A DNA stretch of 32,000 nt from Paramicrosporidium saccamoebae KSL3 (lineage: Eukaryota > Fungi > Cryptomycota). The stretch lies in the NCBI GenBank assembly GCA_002794465.1, contig MTSL01000174.1, positions 1 through 32,000 of the forward strand, in the 5' to 3' direction. Positions 9,984 through 20,105 of the stretch are shown here, piece by piece. The number at the start of each line of letters is the position of its first letter. The first letter of the stretch is position 1. The notes under the pieces are model-generated. The model saw nothing but the letters and a program-made list of their open reading frames with translations, made no database searches and was not told the DNA's origin. The translations under genes were made by a program, and so were the position numbers.

Positions 9984-11354
9984 TTATGCTTGGAATTGGC
10001 CGTACTTGGACACTATTTTGTTGTATAGCATCGGGTCATTCCTTTGTAAAGAAGCCGGATCCTCGGAAAGGCATACGAACAAAGCCGTCGACCCGGCCCC
10101 AATGACCTGTAAAGCCACCATGGGAATTAGCATGCCTAGTAGGAACATGGACAAAGACAAAAGGACTGACAGCCCCATGGTCTCTCGATAAATCAAATAG
10201 GACAGTAAGAATGACACGAATCCACAACAAAATCCGATAGCTAGGCTCAGCATTGAGGTCGTGGTGCCTGTCAAATTATCATTCACAATGGCGTCGACCC
10301 CGTGCCTCTTGATCAGCTCCCACGTATCCCGCGATGCCTGCACAAACGACTTGCCGTATATGGCAATCTGTGTGTACGCATAGTAGTTGAAATATGCTAC
10401 CAGGCTCTCAACCCACTCGAGGATGCAGTCAACGACTGCGCCAGCGATACTGTTCTTTTCCGTTGCCGATTTGAGGACGATGCGGAGTAGTTGTATTAGG
10501 GCGACTATCAATGACCCCAAACAGACGCTACCAAAGGAGTATGTGACGGCTCTACTGAAAGCACCAGAAGTGGCCTTGTCGGCACGCTGTCCACGAGGAG
10601 TGAAGTAATGCGTCGCAAATACTCCAGCAATAGTGGTTTGAAGAACGTTGGCAAGGACTTGTGATGACCAGAGGAATGAGAAGAGCACAAAAAACAGCAG
10701 TGCTCCATGCAGTGCGTCGTCATATTCGTTGTATAAGGCCGCTGCGGCGCTGAAAGTGACTGAGAACCACGAGGCGTAAACAATCGAGACAACCAAGACT
10801 CCCGCTACCACTGTGTAGATGGAAGGGTACATCTCAATACAGTCCATGACCTGCTTCAGGATCAATGCCGAGAAGGCAAACCTGGATCGGACCCAGAAGT
10901 AGACAATTGTAAGCATGACTGCAATGAACAGAAACGTACCACAAGCCATATAGCCAAAGATATTTGGACGCAAAATCGCGGCTAGCACGCCAAAAAGCGC
11001 TGTCAGGACGATATTCGCAATCATTGAGACATGTATCATCATTTCTGCCCTTGTACGCAGCATAAGCATGCTAATGGCGGTGAGGAGACCAGAAGTAAAC
11101 ACCATTCCCACTAACTGTGCTATCAAAAATCCGAGTAAACCATCGGGCAAGTCGAGGTGCTTTTTAATGACAAATAGGTGCTTGTACGACGCACGAATGG
11201 CGTATAATGAGCATGTCGCAAACCATGCAAGGTGGAGGTAGAAGAGAATTGCACACCAAAGGTCTTGCCATTTTGGGTTGGTGGGGCTCACTTGCTTGGC
11301 GGGGACAGTCGCGGGGACAGGAGAAGGGACTCCAACTGTGGGAATGGAAGACAT
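9984..11354 (-). CDS. PNS1: Choline transporter-like (CTL/SLC44, Pns1 family) protein, paralogue 1
   Basis: PKWQDLWCAILF, RAVTYSFGSVCLGSLIVALI and YFNYYAYTQIAIYGKSF motifs with about 10 hydrophobic segments. First ATG is at 11354; the ORF track starts at a TTG. Confidence 0.9.
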   Translation of the reverse strand: MSSIPTVGVPSPVPATVPAKQVSPTNPKWQDLWCAILFYLHLAWFATCSLYAIRASYKHLFVIKKHLDLPDGLLGFLIAQLVGMVFTSGLLTAISMLMLRTRAEMMIHVSMIANIVLTALFGVLAAILRPNIFGYMACGTFLFIAVMLTIVYFWVRSRFAFSALILKQVMDCIEMYPSIYTVVAGVLVVSIVYASWFSVTFSAAAALYNEYDDALHGALLFFVLFSFLWSSQVLANVLQTTIAGVFATHYFTPRGQRADKATSGAFSRAVTYSFGSVCLGSLIVALIQLLRIVLKSATEKNSIAGAVVDCILEWVESLVAYFNYYAYTQIAIYGKSFVQASRDTWELIKRHGVDAIVNDNLTGTTTSMLSLAIGFCCGFVSFLLSYLIYRETMGLSVLLSLSMFLLGMLIPMVALQVIGAGSTALFVCLSEDPASLQRNDPMLYNKIVSKYGQFQA

Positions 11355-11728
11355 CGTGGCGGTACTTACCGACACCCTGGTTGGATCCTTTCTGTATGCC
11401 AGAGCTCTGGTTATTGGTTCGCCACGCGCCACGAACCAATCCGCTATGCACAAGACAATAATTTGACCGTTCTTTAACAAAGCTCTGGCGTAAGGACTCT
11501 TGTAAGCAAGTTATTGATAAGGTTGGCCCAGATAGCGATCCCACAACTCTGAGGATGGTGGCCTATGCGCAATAAATATGCCTTTAATAAAGCTCATTCG
11601 CTTATCAACAAACTCTTCTACCTACGTACAGAGACTACCATCGTAAACGCTTAACAAAAGAGTTATTTTTGTAGAGTTTCCACTACGCATCACATTAGTT
11701 TGGCAAGCTCATTTATTCTTGGGACTAT

Positions 11729-13105
11729 TTAGAACGTAATCATCGAGTATTTTTCCATGATTGCATTATACAGGTGCGGTTTGGATCGTTGCAATGCCTC
11801 TGGATCCTCGGCCAAACAGACAAAGGTTGTCGTAGCGCCAGCGCCGATAACTTCAAAGGCTACGGCTGGGATGATGATAGATAAAAGTCCAAAGACGACG
11901 GCGATCACGAGCGATTCATCCCATGGTTTGGCATATATCAGGGTAGAAATTATATATACCACTAACCCGCTGGCAATCCCGATGGTAAAGGAGGAAATTC
12001 CCAGACAGGTCCCTATCAGATCGTCGTTGACAATGGCATCTACACCTCGGCTCTTGACAAGATTCCAGGTATCCTTTGCGGCCTGAATGTATGGCTTACC
12101 ATAAATGGCAATCTGCGTGTAAGCAAAGTAATTGAAGTATTCCACCAAGCCTTGCAAAAGACCTAGGATGCAGTCGACCACGGCACCGGCAATACTGTCC
12201 CGATTTGTGGCCATTTGTAGTAGGAAACGGATCGTCTGGATAATTGCCACAATCAGGGATCCAAAGCAAATGCTACCAAACGAGTATGTGGTAGCTCTAC
12301 GGAGGGAGCTGGCAACGGGATTGATGATGGCTTGGCCAGTCCCGTGCAGAAAATAGTATGTTGCATAGACACCGGCAATACTAGTCTGCGCAGTGTTTGT
12401 AAGCACCTGTGAGGTCCAGAAGAGCGAAAATGCAGAGTAAATCATCATAGCCTGCGCATATGGGTCCTTGGTCCTATCATGGAGCACGCCGAGAGCCCCG
12501 AAGGTCGAGGCAAAGTATGCCATGTAGATGACAGAGATGACTACAGAGCTGCTGGTCACTAACAACATGCTGGGATAGGCCTTTAAACAATCCAGAACGG
12601 TCTGCAACAGTATTGCTGAGAAGGGGATGCGATTCCGAAATGCGAAATAAAACACAATGGTTATCACCGCCATGATGCTCAGAATCACACCTGGTAGGAT
12701 GGCACCTGCCACAAACGCCCATACCGCTATCCCCACACTCAGTACGCAATTCATGATGAATGCGGTGTGTAGCATCGTCTCTGGGGCGCTCTTCATGAAT
12801 CCCAAGGTCAACACGGTTAGTCCAACAGCAGTGGCAGCTGCACTTGCAAAGCTGATCAAAAAATAGCGCAGCATGTTGCCGTCTATTTCTATTCCGCCGG
12901 GTTTCTCAGTAATCGGGACATTGCGTACCTGGATGAATGCATAAACAGAGACGGCGATGAACCCAATAAAATGTGCATAGAACAAGACGGCTGCCCATAG
13001 GTCGCGCCATTGAGGTATGGGAAACATATTGTCATGCTTATTACCCGTCTGCTTCTTATCGAGGGGAGGCACAAAGCGCTCACTCGGAGAGGCAGCACCG
13101 TTCAT
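11729..13105 (-). CDS. PNS1: Choline transporter-like (CTL/SLC44, Pns1 family) protein, paralogue 2
   Basis: PQWRDLWAAVLF, RATTYSFGSICFGSLIVAII and YFNYFAYTQIAIYGKPY motifs; colinear with paralogue 1. First ATG at 13105. Confidence 0.9.
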   Translation of the reverse strand: MNGAASPSERFVPPLDKKQTGNKHDNMFPIPQWRDLWAAVLFYAHFIGFIAVSVYAFIQVRNVPITEKPGGIEIDGNMLRYFLISFASAAATAVGLTVLTLGFMKSAPETMLHTAFIMNCVLSVGIAVWAFVAGAILPGVILSIMAVITIVFYFAFRNRIPFSAILLQTVLDCLKAYPSMLLVTSSSVVISVIYMAYFASTFGALGVLHDRTKDPYAQAMMIYSAFSLFWTSQVLTNTAQTSIAGVYATYYFLHGTGQAIINPVASSLRRATTYSFGSICFGSLIVAIIQTIRFLLQMATNRDSIAGAVVDCILGLLQGLVEYFNYFAYTQIAIYGKPYIQAAKDTWNLVKSRGVDAIVNDDLIGTCLGISSFTIGIASGLVVYIISTLIYAKPWDESLVIAVVFGLLSIIIPAVAFEVIGAGATTTFVCLAEDPEALQRSKPHLYNAIMEKYSMITF

Positions 13106-13733
13106 CCTTGTCAACAACAGAAACTCCGAGCCAGGAGTTATGCAGACAAGGGAAGACGATGATTGGCTGCTGTTGAAACTCTTTGAATTTAGTTGGTCTC
13201 CACTATTCTGACTTCCAATTATATTCGCTATTTGGACACTAAGAAAGTGTATGAGAGGTTAATGAATGAGTCAGTTTTATTAAAGGCGCCTTTATAGGCC
13301 ACCATTCTCAATATTAGTAGATTGTCGTGATGCGTGGTGTGGCGTGAGAATTGTCGCATAGTTGGGAATGTGACGTAGAGGATTGATTGCCATGGTCTTT
13401 GGAATAATCGATGAAAGCTAATGAAAGTTATATCTTTACCAACGTGGGATTGCTACGTTATTTGTGAGACTATAATTAGGCTGTTGGATTAACAGTGAAC
13501 AAGTTCCCGCATGACTTGATCCGTGGTATTATCCCACACTACACGACACTATAGCATGGGTAAAGCGCCAATCTTTCTGCTTCCGTGTCTAGCCTCTGAC
13601 ACCTCGTTCCACATTTGCTCGCATAATAAACACCCAGCTAGTTATCTCGTTACTTTTTATATGCGGATGCTGCTTAAAGGGGTCTTTTAACTCCACGAAA
13701 TATAAGTATTTATCAAACAATTACCTGCATTGA

Positions 13734-16452
13734 ATGCCATGCATTTTAAAGGTTCATGTGGAGGCGGCTCGCGGCCTTCCCGCCATGGACAGTACATCTG
13801 AAGTGGCCGACGCCTATGTTGAGATTCGCTTTTCCGACTCTCTCCAGCGCACCTCTGTCTGTCGAAAGACGCTCAACCCGGTGTGGCGTGAAGATTTTCG
13901 TTTTGAAGTTCCTGACGATACGCTCCTGCAGGATGCGCCGCTGGAGCTAAAAGTGTTTGATTTTGATGCGATTACAGCGGACGATTCGGTGGGGATGGTG
14001 ACAGTAGACTTGAATCCGCTAGTTTCCTTGGAGGGCCCAAGCCAGATGGCGGGATGGTTCCCTATTTACGACACTATCCGAGGAGCGAGGGGGGAGTTGT
14101 GGGTACAAGTAAAGGTAGAATTCTTTGAAAATACCAATCCATTCAAAGAGTCTTCAGCTGGAATCCATTTGTTCAGTAGCTCCGGCATACCCGTACCTTA
14201 TACCGTACGGCAACACGCTATGATTTGATTTTGCTTAGAATGCAATAATTGTGGGACTGGTGGACGAGGTCATTACGGAAATTGATCCCGACTATCACTG
14301 GTCCGATTCATTCCGCACCTCCCGTTCCTCTAATGAAGCTTCGCAGCGCATTCTGAGTCAAATGAGCTGTCGATTGCGCCGTCAGATGGGCAGAAAAGCG
14401 TTGGAGATGGGGGGCAATTCCATTCTTGCCTACTCACAATGGATCGATATTGAGCCGTATTCTCAGACCATAACCTTTCGTGGACTGGGCACTGCTGCGA
14501 TTATGCAACAGTCCGAGCAAGACAGCGATTCCAAAGACGCGATGGATGAGGAGATTCCACTCAAGCTGCATTCAAAGGGGATCGAATTGGCAACCATTAG
14601 CAAACTTCCGCCTGGGTGCATTTCAGGGATAGGAGGCGTGGTATCTGCAAAGAGCGTGAAATTGTTGTCTGATGAGACCGATTACAGTGACGCTATTACC
14701 CGCGATCGGTGGTTGTCAGAACTGAGAGATGAGATTAGATTACATGCCCGCAATCTTGGCTGTAATATCGTCCTCGGCTATCGCGAAAACATTTCAATTC
14801 ACGAGGATTTGTACATTTTGGCTGCAGAGGGGACCGCATGTAGAATCCGGGGAAGAGAGATGCGTCGTCATCAGTTGCGTGATGATCGTTCCTCAGAGGA
14901 TGAGACTTTAGTTTCTGAAAAGGCCGAAAGAGTAAAACGTGTAGTCAAGCGACTCAAGGAGTGTGCCTTTTGTCATCTACCCAGACGAAAGGCAATACAG
15001 AGAACTGTCATGGCCAACTCTTCGACTTGTAATATTTGTAGAAAAATGCTAGTCCCAGAAATGTTGCTAGCCACCACTGAACTTACCTCGGATGTTGAAG
15101 TTTTTAGAGATCAGCGTCTGGTTGAAAGTTTTGTTTGTAGGCCACTAAGGAGGAAGAAAGACGGCGAGCCCACTGCCGCTACAGTCAGCTTGAATCTTCC
15201 ATTTGTAGAGTATGACTTGTACCGACAGTTGCAATTTAAGCTTCGCTACTATGGATTTAATGCTGTCTTTGGATTGAGGTATCAAATACTGGCGAGTGAC
15301 ACTATGATTGTCGCATTGGCCAGCGGAACAGGCGCATGTTTGGCTGCTCTCCCTGAGCCGCAGGCTTTACAAATATCCCGTAACATTGACATTCGCGATG
15401 CAGAAGACGAGCAAATCTTTAGCTTCCAGGAACGGGTGGCCAAGGCATCCTCTTCTACATACGACATTATCCATGAAATGTATTCTGACCGCTTCCAGTC
15501 GACATCTTCGGAGAGTTCATCAGATGCAGAGGACTCTCCCAGCTCTTCATCAAGCTCGAGTTCTTCGGAGGGTGATTTATCTGACGATCAGTCTGTTGTA
15601 CAAATTGATGATGAAGCTGACGAGGACTTGTTGTTGACTCTGGTTGAGCCTAACATTTCCACTGCCGTCTTGGCAGGAACATTGGATACCCAGCCATCAG
15701 TGGATCCATCCCTGTCACCCTGCTCCTCTCTCCACCAAATATCCCATTTTGTGTGTCAATTCCGTCGAGTCAATATTGCCAAAGAGAACCATCATCCAAA
15801 TTCAGCTCTGTCAACGCAATTCAGCCGCCACTATGAAGAAATGATTGCTCAGCTCGATGGTTTGTTTACGGGGACGCCACGGATCCACTGCATTCGACAT
15901 CAACTGAATTTGGTCCGCAGTGTTGAATTGCAAATTGTGACTATTGCCACGGTATTTGGAACGGTCAATGTCCCTGTGGCATCCAGCAAGGACTTGCTTG
16001 AGCCGATCACATTCGACTGGGCGGAACAGGATGTCATCTCCAGTGACTCGGACGACGAAGATGCGGTTCCCACCCGTCCTGGTACGGATACTTCTCCAAC
16101 TGTTGTCCCGCCCGCTTCAATTTCCTTCACGACCGGCACCCACACCCCCAGCTCTGTCCTCGTCGACAACTGCGGCACCATCGCCGTACAGCTGTTTAAA
16201 GAAATCTATTCGCACGAAAGCGCTGGCGGCTTCCCTGGGTTCGTAAACTCTACCATCTCTGATGCATTCTCCATCACAAGAGCATATGCCGCCTCGCTAG
16301 GCGGAAACGCAGTGACAGCGGTTGCATTTAAGCCAGCGGCATTTTATGAAAATTTCAAAAATCAGATGCATGTAGTAATGTCTTTGACAGCGGACGTGGT
16401 GGAGGTGGAACATGACCGAGAAACGGCTTGGTCCTTGTTACAATCAATTTAG
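13734..16452 (+). CDS. C2CD5: C2 domain-containing protein 5 (C2CD5/CDP138/KIAA0528) orthologue, about 894 aa, intron 14205..14238
   Basis: The N-terminal C2 domain MPCILKVHVEAARGLPAMD..ADAYVEIRF resembles human C2CD5. DPDYHWSDSFRTSRSSNEASQR and YbjQ-like repeats (LRDEIRLHARNLGCNIVLGYRE) follow. A 34-nt intron joins the two ORFs in frame. Confidence 0.85.
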
Positions 16453-16791
16453 AACAATTAACGCTATAACGTCTGATTGCAGCCCAGACAAAGTGATGGT
16501 GCTTACTTAGGACCGGCATGTATTGGCAGAGTTTTTGTTGAGAATTGCGAGAGTCCATCCCCAGGCTCGAGATGGATAACGAGTCTTTCATTGAGCTAGA
16601 ATTTATTTTTATTAAAGACGTCATTATGGGATGTGATTTCTTAAACGCGACAGCGCCGCGTGTCACCTCACTCTTAATCCCATGGCCTTTAATGCTTGTT
16701 ATAGCAGCGTTGATCGGCCGATACGACATTTAATTTTCATTAGAATAATTTAAATCAATTGCATATTTGCCTTGCCGGGATTCAAATTTTA

Positions 16792-17028
16792 ATGAACTGT
16801 CTTGGTCTACTGTTAATACTTGTCATTTATGGCCATTGTTCAACGTTACCTGGAGAGAATGACGAGGCAACAACTACTATTGACTTGGGGCAAGGTGACT
16901 CTGAAGAGTTGCCGGCCTCAACGGGCGCTATCTCATGGATTCTCTCTTTGATGACTTGCAATAATAAGAATCCCCATCGCACAAAGACATATGAAGAACT
17001 ACTTGATGCACTCTCAAATGCCGTATAG
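16792..17028 (+). CDS. Small putative secreted protein, 78 aa
   Basis: ATG followed by a hydrophobic signal-like segment MNCLGLLLILVIYGHCS and an acidic mature region. No family recognised. Confidence 0.55.
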   Translation: MNCLGLLLILVIYGHCSTLPGENDEATTTIDLGQGDSEELPASTGAISWILSLMTCNNKNPHRTKTYEELLDALSNAV

Positions 17029-17389
17029 CATGGAATAGACTTATTAAGTCGTGTTTTGTAATCCAACACTTTTTGTTACATGTACGTTATTGCCCAAGTC
17101 TGGATTGCCGGTATAAATTACTGTTTACGGTTAGGCGGGAGGGTATCTCGTGTTCAACTGCAAATTCATAAGGACAATGGAAAGTGGGGCTTTTGGACAA
17201 AACATTTCATTTTTGTTAGACTTGCTCAACTTTGACAAAGACTTGGCCATGTCAAACTGGCCACAGTTAGTGTACATTCTTTCGACACTGTTGGATCACT
17301 AATCCAAGCTTGATTGTATATGTAGATTTTTATGCACATTAGTTAATGATTAAATGCAATTTTACAACTCCTGACATTGATCCTATTGA

Positions 17390-17989
17390 ATGTGGTCACA
17401 AATTCTCTTCATACTACCTGTCGTTGTGGCTTCGTACATTTCGAATGTACCGAATTGTAGATACGGCAGTACACCAGAGCTTCCTGTCCCAGTCCCCACT
17501 CCGAACTCTAGAGTGCCGAATTTATCGGGGTCCAGACGTAGTACTAGACCGTATCTTTCCTCAAACTCTATGCCGAGATCCGAACATGGCAATACATTGA
17601 ATACTATTATCCCCACCACCATTTCAAGCTCCACGCATAGCACTAGCGCGAATTCTACTGTCTCAAACCCCATTCCACGTTCTACGCGCAGTACCAGAGT
17701 GAGTGCTGTTGTCCCAGAGGCCTTTATGAACACTAAATCATCAGCCTGCCCATACTCGAGAAATTTATACACCAAAAACCCGCCAGGTTACCAACGCCCG
17801 AGCCTTTCAAATGCTGAATACAACCAGAAGCTGGATGCTATCGACCGCAACATTATGCTTATTGATACGCAGCTAGCCCTCGCTGTAACAACTGATTCTG
17901 GACATATGGTAGATAGGCAACAGGAGCTGATCCATTGTCTCGAATTCCTGTGTCGTGAGCGGCTTAGGGTGGTTGCTGCAGGCTACTAA
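17390..17989 (+). CDS. Putative secreted Ser/Thr/Pro-rich protein, 199 aa
   Basis: Signal-like MWSQILFILPVVVA, a long S/T/P/N-rich low-complexity middle, and a helical C-terminus (EYNQKLDAIDRNIMLIDTQLALA). Confidence 0.7.
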   Translation: MWSQILFILPVVVASYISNVPNCRYGSTPELPVPVPTPNSRVPNLSGSRRSTRPYLSSNSMPRSEHGNTLNTIIPTTISSSTHSTSANSTVSNPIPRSTRSTRVSAVVPEAFMNTKSSACPYSRNLYTKNPPGYQRPSLSNAEYNQKLDAIDRNIMLIDTQLALAVTTDSGHMVDRQQELIHCLEFLCRERLRVVAAGY

Positions 17990-18119
17990 CATTTGAATAA
18001 GGGACGATGCTCAAGTAATAGAATCCACGGAACCCAATAAACGCTCACCTCGTGCCAATTAAACCATATTTGGGAGGGGCCCGTCCTATTTTGGGCGGCA
18101 AAATACATTGGAACACGCC

Positions 18120-18392
18120 ATGCGGCATGCAATTCTATTATTAATACTAGTCAGTCTTGTTGCTGCTAGCCGACACCGCCGTCCGACCCCGCCATCAGCC
18201 TTCAAAATGGCAATGGTCCGCAAATACATGGTGGTCAATCCTGGCGATCATTTACGCAACCCAGAAACAACGCAAAAGTATCTGAGGGAGCTTTTGAGAT
18301 TAGTTAACGAAGGAAAAGCATACCTTGAACCCGAGGAAGAGCGTTATTTGCGTTCCTGGTTTGAAGACGACGATTGCTGTATCACTTTTTAA
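18120..18392 (+). CDS. Small putative secreted protein, 90 aa
   Basis: Clear signal-like MRHAILLLILVSLVAA followed by a basic SRHRRPTPP stretch and an acidic C-terminus ending in CC. Confidence 0.65.
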   Translation: MRHAILLLILVSLVAASRHRRPTPPSAFKMAMVRKYMVVNPGDHLRNPETTQKYLRELLRLVNEGKAYLEPEEERYLRSWFEDDDCCITF

Positions 18393-18427
18393 ATAAACCT
18401 GGGGTTGTTCAGGCCTGGGTGACCAGG

Positions 18428-18973
18428 ATGCGGGATGAGGCCAAGAATGGCGACTTTGCACCCGTTCAACTGGACAGCGCATTCAGCGAATCTGACGGCT
18501 TCTACGCACACTACAAGTCCATCCCCGCTGGTCAGCGAAAACTTGTGCTTGTTCGACTGCCCTGCAACATACCGACAAGCGCCATGAAAGACGTGTCGTT
18601 GCGTGCGTCAAAGAAACGTGCTATGGGCGAGTTTGAACATGACGGCGGACGATACGAAGTTCGATGCACAGGCGAAACGCCTGCTGCCGCACTTGTTGTT
18701 CCGGGGAAAAAGGGTTGTCACATCAGTATATATACTACAAGCGCTAATTTTGCAGATTCCGAGTTCCACGAGGTCTGGAGTGCAATACGTGTGAAAAACG
18801 ACAACGCCGAGGAGCAAGGCACTGAGCTGGATTTTGACGGTGACGTTGGTGGCAGTGAGGCGCTGATGGTGCAACCAAAAGGACTACGAACAAATCTGCG
18901 AGCCACTGATTTCTCCACTGTAATCAATAGGAAACGCAAGGCAGCCAGTCCTGCCAAGAAGAATAAAAAGTAA
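18428..18973 (+). CDS. RPA34: RNA polymerase I subunit Rpa34 (PAF49/CD3EAP)-like, probable in-frame intron 18726..18755
   Basis: KLVLVRLP (typically LWLIxxP), VQPKGLRTNL (typically xQPxGLKxRF) and a Lys-rich tail KRKAASPAKKNKK. A 30-nt GTATAT..GCTAAT..GCAG intron-like segment lies in frame. Confidence 0.65.
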   Translation: MRDEAKNGDFAPVQLDSAFSESDGFYAHYKSIPAGQRKLVLVRLPCNIPTSAMKDVSLRASKKRAMGEFEHDGGRYEVRCTGETPAAALVVPGKKGCHISIYTTSANFADSEFHEVWSAIRVKNDNAEEQGTELDFDGDVGGSEALMVQPKGLRTNLRATDFSTVINRKRKAASPAKKNKK

Positions 18974-18976
18974 CAC

Positions 18977-19130
18977 TAGACTGGCAATAAGCTAAGAGTA
19001 GGCTGATAATAGACTAGTAATAGACTGGTGATAGACTAGTAATAGATTGGTGATAGACTGATAATAGACCGGTAGTAGACTGATAATAGGCTGATAATAG
19101 ATTGACAATAGACTGAAAACAGACTGATAA
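18977..19130. repeat. 11-bp minisatellite, 14 copies, consensus TAGACTGATAA
   Basis: Units read directly: tagactggcaa/taagctaagag/taggctgataa/tagactagtaa/tagactggtga/.../cagactgataa. It lies between the convergent RPA34 and NDK stop codons. Confidence 0.95.
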
Positions 19131-19160
19131 AGAGGATGTATTAATGCTTCGAGGATCAAT

Positions 19161-19647
19161 TTACTCGTAGACCATAGGGCTAATGGCCATGGTGTAGGAG
19201 CACACGCCATTGGGGAACCAAAGGGCAATCTCCTTCTCGGCACTCTCCACACTGTCGGAGCCATGGCACACATTGCGTCCCAAATCAATTCCGTAGTCGC
19301 CACGGACGCTGCCGGGAGCACTTGCCAATGGGTTGGTCTCGCCGAGCATCTTGCGGCCAGTCTTGACGACATCCTTTCCCATAAAGACCATGGCCAGGAC
19401 GGGTCCTGATGCCATGAAATCGCAAAGTCCATTGAAGAAGGGCTTTGAGGAGAGGTCGGCGTAATGCTTCTCTAGATGCGCACGTCCGGGCTGCATCAAC
19501 TGCGCAGCAAGCAACTGGTATCCACGCTTCTCAAAACGGGCCATGATTTCACCAGCCTATGATTAGTGCGCCATGGATGGATGCTACCAGTCCGCGTTGG
19601 ACGCCGTCGGGCTTAATCATAAGGAAGGTACGTTCGGTGTTGGACAT
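19161..19647 (-). CDS. NDK1: Nucleoside diphosphate kinase, 151 aa, intron 19557..19587
   Basis: [16 protein letters not shown]|[12 protein letters not shown] and the catalytic His motif [10 protein letters not shown]. The 31-nt intron has a CTAAT branch site. Confidence 0.97.
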
Positions 19648-19944
19648 GTCTTTGGAAGGAGTGTAGAGACAAAAAAATGTTTTTTTTGTGATAATATATC
19701 TACGGACCAGGGATAAGGGTCTTATTATGTTCTCGTTATTATGAAATAATTAGTTGGGGATACGTGGTGGACCAAATGCAAAAAAGAGTCAGAGACCAAT
19801 AATGGAAACAGGCAGATTGGCACTACAATGCTATGTTAGCACACTGACACTATGCTGATGGCCAGTTCTCTTTCGCCTACTTGTATTGACAACAATCGCT
19901 CCCACCCCACATCACTATTACCACACAACGTCATTAGAGCCACG

Positions 19945-20056
19945 CAACACAATAACTAAACAAAATTATAACTAAACAACATTATAACAACACAACATTA
20001 TAACTAAGCAACATTATAACTGCACGACGTTATAACTGCGCAGCGTTATAACCTTA
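19945..20056. repeat. 16-bp minisatellite, 7 copies, core (A/G)TTATAAC, in the NDK/MUT divergent promoter
   Basis: caacacaataactaaa/caaaattataactaaa/caacattataacaaca/caacattataactaag/caacattataactgca/cgacgttataactgcg/cagcgttataacctta. Confidence 0.93.
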
Positions 20057-20105
20057 CAATTACTAAAAGTCACATATTTAGGGATCAGATAGACGGACCA
20101 ATCGC

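Noticed and set aside
18992-19432. 146-aa minus-strand ORF overlapping NDK
   Set aside because: An alternate frame of NDK that runs into the minisatellite, which lacks stops on that strand.
19670-19688. A-run/T-run hairpin upstream of NDK resembling an intrinsic terminator
   Set aside because: A simple poly(dA:dT) promoter tract; bacterial terminators do not apply here.
18977-20056. Tandem arrays considered as CRISPR-like
   Set aside because: The units are directly adjacent with no unique spacers, there are no cas genes, and the context is eukaryotic.
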